Assembly (NCBI GenBank): GCA_963755125.1
Contig: CAVWIP010000001.1
Location: 256,001-320,000, forward strand
Reading direction: 5' to 3'
DNA: 64,000 nucleotides
DNA from: an uncultured delta proteobacterium
GTDB lineage: Bacteria; Myxococcota_A; Polyangia; Fen-1088
The position numbers and the translations under genes are program-made. The notes below the pieces were generated by a model, which worked only from the letters and a program-made list of their open reading frames with translations, did no database searches and was not told where the DNA came from. Of the stretch, positions 61,601-64,000 are shown one piece after another. Within the stretch, counting starts at the first letter, position 1. Every line of letters begins with the position of its first letter.

Positions 61601-63240
61601 TCCTGGACGGCACCCTCGCCATCGCTCGCCCGGTCAAGCTGGTGCCTGCCGGCTTCGGTCCTGCCATCGCTGTGCCGTCGGGCGCGGTCCATCTGCAATC
61701 GGATGTGGTGGAACTCAAGGATCTGGCGGTATCAGTTGCCGGGGCGACGTTACGTTTGAGCGGCCGCGCCAGCCTGGGCGCCAACTTCGTGCCCAGAAGT
61801 TTGGCCTTGCAAGCCAACGGAGAGGTGAGCGCCTCGTTGCTGGAGTCGCTGGTGCCCGACGCCGTATCGGACGTCTCCGGCAGCGCGCGCATCGACGCCA
61901 AGGTTTCGGGGACGCTGGACCAGCCCAATGTTTCGGCGCGCATCGATCTGGGTGAGATCCAGATGCGCTTACGCGGCATCAGCGGCAAGGTGGCCGTCGA
62001 GAGCGGCACCATCGAGCTGTCGAGCCACGAACTGCTCCTGCGCGAGGTCAAAATACGCGTTAACGACGACGGGCGCTTGCTGATCGGCGCCGCCGGGGCG
62101 CGCCCCGGCCGCATGCACATCGTGAGCCTGCGCCCCAAGTTGGTGCTTGGCAAAGTAGACCTGCCACTAGAGGGCGAACGCCTGGTCTACCGGTCGCCGA
62201 GCCTCGAGATTGACGATCTTTCCTTCACGCTGGAGCTGCTCGGCGACTTGCACAACTCGCTCAGCCTGGGCGGCAACGTGCGTCTGGTCTCTGGGAGATA
62301 CATCCAAGATTTCAATGTGCGCAACTTGATGCTCACCCCGCGTATCAACGAGTCCGAATCGCGTCCTTTCTGGGAGGGTGTGCCTCTGCTCGAAAACCTG
62401 GGTCTCAATTTGCGCGTGCGCACTCTGGGCGACGGTTTCATGGTGCAGAACAACCTGGCGACGGAAATCTACCTGCAAGTCGATTTGCTCGTGGGCGGAA
62501 CCCTCTCGTCACCCACCCTGGCCGGGGACGTGCGGCCCACCGATGGGCGGTTTCACATTCTGGGGCTACGCGGCGATTTTGACATCACGCCCAACGTAAA
62601 CCACATCACCTTCGTTCCAACCAAATCGCTGGCCGCGGGCGATACCCCCGAGCTCAACATCGACGCCACAAATCTCTATCCCGACGCTTCTGAGAACGAG
62701 CACACGGTTCAGATACGCATCACCGGCCCCATCAACCAGGCAGCCATCGACCTGTCGACTACCGACGGACTCGACCGCAACCAGACCCTGATGCTGCTGC
62801 TCTCTGGACGAACCACCGAGGACATTGGCACGGGAGCACGCACCATCGGCATCAACGCCCAGAGCGGAATCGACATGATGGGCCAGGCTTCGCGCGATGC
62901 CGTGTCGAACCTGGTCGAGCCCTACATCGACGATACCCTGCAATCTCTCACCGGCCACAAGTTGAATCTGCGTCCTACCGTGGGAGCGGACGGCTTCGAA
63001 GTGAAGGTGTTGGCGCGTGCGAGTCGCGAATTCACCCTGGAGCTGTCCTATCTGCGTGGTTTTCAGACCCAGGTGCGCTACCGGGCCCAAGCCAACGCTT
63101 GGTTGCGGGACTACCTCACGGCCCGCCTGATTGGCGAGCAGCTCAACTACTCGCCCCAGCAGGGCATTAACGATTCAGTGGGAAGTCTGAAGTTGGAGAT
63201 GACCATCGACTACCCAATCCGGTTCATGGGTCTGCCATGA
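58669..63240 (+). CDS. tamB: TamB/AsmA-like translocation and assembly module protein
   Basis: N-terminal TM anchor and about 1500 aa of beta-taco-like repeats (GTLxxPxxxG). C-terminal DUF490-like region, directly upstream of a POTRA protein. Confidence 0.75.
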   Translation: MASPVRRRILKWSGIVLASLLGLVSLAVAGAVFFLQGERMGSFVAMVLPEMRGKLEFRSIRWPARLLVDVLAKRPTPFSVDGVKFFDPEGTVVVDVPHLDVKIDLHQLINGAGLFMHDLEVGPNSYWRFGRMKKTKKGIGFLATFDPKHPSPPAPPPPPGTKPEKGFAVRIFNAQLNGLRVVFDFPHVWGFDLRDLHAPAWLQVEDGFCGWEAVGLEARGGGYLTVLDQVLPFDSVKVKQVATLREYSDDIFLDLTAGKTGRSTLVGKGFFNGIYGENSVSAIHMHTEFHDATDALNAVLKPMNIPALHVGGADARVTADLMGPYVSIAINTDISGLDAAYEQYAVQNLVLRAGMQFDPNSKASAPNTRLEELSFSSPGGGRFLTKAELMVPKLKTQLRFDHFTVDSYLPAGLRKLAGGKLHGRLSATAEFDETMSAVKRGTLTSLDLSFQRTGEKMSLPRSLRLSGQATASPAEVSTSGLHIEVPGAGIEVKGKAELVKRLLALGLRVGSTNLPRLLASLGVQPLAQQVSMAVDLTGTMEQPRASGQIEVKGIGGMDGIPSVPSFETKFHLQDGALHVDSLAAEVAGGTLAGNGTLKLFERTVHHMLRSPSLEFRLEGKQIALESLITGGLVTGKMAFEVTASGPLRRPKIRFKMPAGVTAHVLGQSWQIGGIDLEVDQEGMALRLLQASNKTGGEIQIEGHMRFVPKAMPIEWHLKIADLPVAAVLAAAQVDVPAAGRLSVDLRLSGSTKIPLVEGTIALDGVTVMGVALGDATLTLSAVDSGVAVNGTLFNRFTVDATAQFGPAGLRAKGSLAFTHLVLEDLARQLRGNREIEELVEQLKALDARAVLSGHVGVELDPGKPLAVEAVLTELAASIRQEISEAGGQVSTHRMGFHNDGDLRVLLAGDHIVLRQARFLTDAGRFNVEGEMDGDSLRAAFLGRLELEFLQPLLRKRIEKLAGAVSLEVKVSGTMKEPLLDGTLAIARPVKLVPAGFGPAIAVPSGAVHLQSDVVELKDLAVSVAGATLRLSGRASLGANFVPRSLALQANGEVSASLLESLVPDAVSDVSGSARIDAKVSGTLDQPNVSARIDLGEIQMRLRGISGKVAVESGTIELSSHELLLREVKIRVNDDGRLLIGAAGARPGRMHIVSLRPKLVLGKVDLPLEGERLVYRSPSLEIDDLSFTLELLGDLHNSLSLGGNVRLVSGRYIQDFNVRNLMLTPRINESESRPFWEGVPLLENLGLNLRVRTLGDGFMVQNNLATEIYLQVDLLVGGTLSSPTLAGDVRPTDGRFHILGLRGDFDITPNVNHITFVPTKSLAAGDTPELNIDATNLYPDASENEHTVQIRITGPINQAAIDLSTTDGLDRNQTLMLLLSGRTTEDIGTGARTIGINAQSGIDMMGQASRDAVSNLVEPYIDDTLQSLTGHKLNLRPTVGADGFEVKVLARASREFTLELSYLRGFQTQVRYRAQANAWLRDYLTARLIGEQLNYSPQQGINDSVGSLKLEMTIDYPIRFMGLP

Positions 63241-63271
63241 CCGGAATCCACCGAACCACTCTCTGACATCC

Positions 63272-64000
63272 GTGCTGAAACCATTGTTGCGACAGACTAC
63301 TCACGCCGCGCTCTTCGCGGTGCTGCTGGCCACCAGCCTTGCGACCGTGGCGCGTGCGCAGAACGCACCCTCTCCGCCGCCGGATGTCCGCGCCACGACC
63401 TCGGCGCCACCCATCGTGTCGGTCTCGATAGAGGGCTCGACCGACCCCGCCGGACGCATCGAAAGCCTGGTGGCCACCATCGCCCCTTTGGGTGCGCCCT
63501 TGGTCGAATCCGGCGACGCTGATCGAGTTGGGACGCCCATCGGGACGGTTCCCCGTCTCAAGAATCTGCTCAAAGCTATGGGCTATCAGGCTGAGATTGC
63601 CGTCCAGACGGACGCCGGCGGAGTGCGCCTGCAGATTCGTCTACGAGCCTTCGATCGCGTACGTCAGATCTTCGTTTCGGGCAACCAGCCCATCGTCCGT
63701 CCGGGCGTGCGCCAGGAAGAGATCCTCCGGCAGCTCAGCCTTCGCAACGGGCAAGCCCTGCCCCCGGCGGGGGAGCGGCGGGACACCTTTCTCGACGCGG
63801 AGGCTGTACGTGTGCGCGACTACCTGCACGCGCAGGGTTTTCAGGACGCAGAAGTACACATCGTTGAACACAGCACCAACAAGGTTCCGGCCCGGGTCAA
63901 CTTGGACGTACGCGTGAAGCTAGGGCCGGGCTATCCCTTGGGTAAGATAAGCGTGACCGGCAGCCGCGCCATTTCCGTCGGCGATATCGCGGACAGCTTT
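63272..64000 (+). CDS. BamA/TamA-family outer membrane protein, N-terminal POTRA region (runs off the window)
   Basis: Frame open from the GTG at 63272 to the window end. Signal peptide (…VARA-Q) and POTRA-like VRQIFVSGN…EEILRQLSLRNG…YLHAQGFQDAEV…LGKISVTGS. Confidence 0.75.
   Translation, partial: MLKPLLRQTTHAALFAVLLATSLATVARAQNAPSPPPDVRATTSAPPIVSVSIEGSTDPAGRIESLVATIAPLGAPLVESGDADRVGTPIGTVPRLKNLLKAMGYQAEIAVQTDAGGVRLQIRLRAFDRVRQIFVSGNQPIVRPGVRQEEILRQLSLRNGQALPPAGERRDTFLDAEAVRVRDYLHAQGFQDAEVHIVEHSTNKVPARVNLDVRVKLGPGYPLGKISVTGSRAISVGDIADSF

Overview
GC-rich bacterial chromosome segment, most likely Myxococcota (Polyangia-like). That placement rests on the ftsB plus DmxA-type diguanylate cyclase pair, the Gly-rich Cys-anchored lipoproteins and the Ser/Thr kinase. 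It is mostly core genome: lon (partial), ttcA, argJ, gcvTHP, dacB, hisS, gmd, tmk, a relA/spoT homologue, gmk, yicC, polA, and tamB-like plus POTRA-domain genes. Accessory content includes an XPB-type helicase with a DUF790 (Bax1-like) nuclease, a DacZ-like diadenylate cyclase, a VapBC toxin-antitoxin pair, three GT-C-like membrane proteins and several secreted lipoproteins. Signals outside the ORF track: a 28-bp XerC/XerD dif-like site at 38579-38606, suggesting the replication terminus; a second, oppositely oriented dif-like site at 2252-2279; an uncalled 55-aa basic ORF after relA; a G10 tract inside a polyprenol-phosphate glycosyltransferase; a deletion scar fusing two convergent truncated genes near 29541; and a REP/MITE-like element upstream of gcvT. 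Two signalling proteins look catalytically degenerate. No tRNA, rRNA, CRISPR array, transposase or integrase was recognised. All family calls come from motifs recognised by eye, with no database searches.
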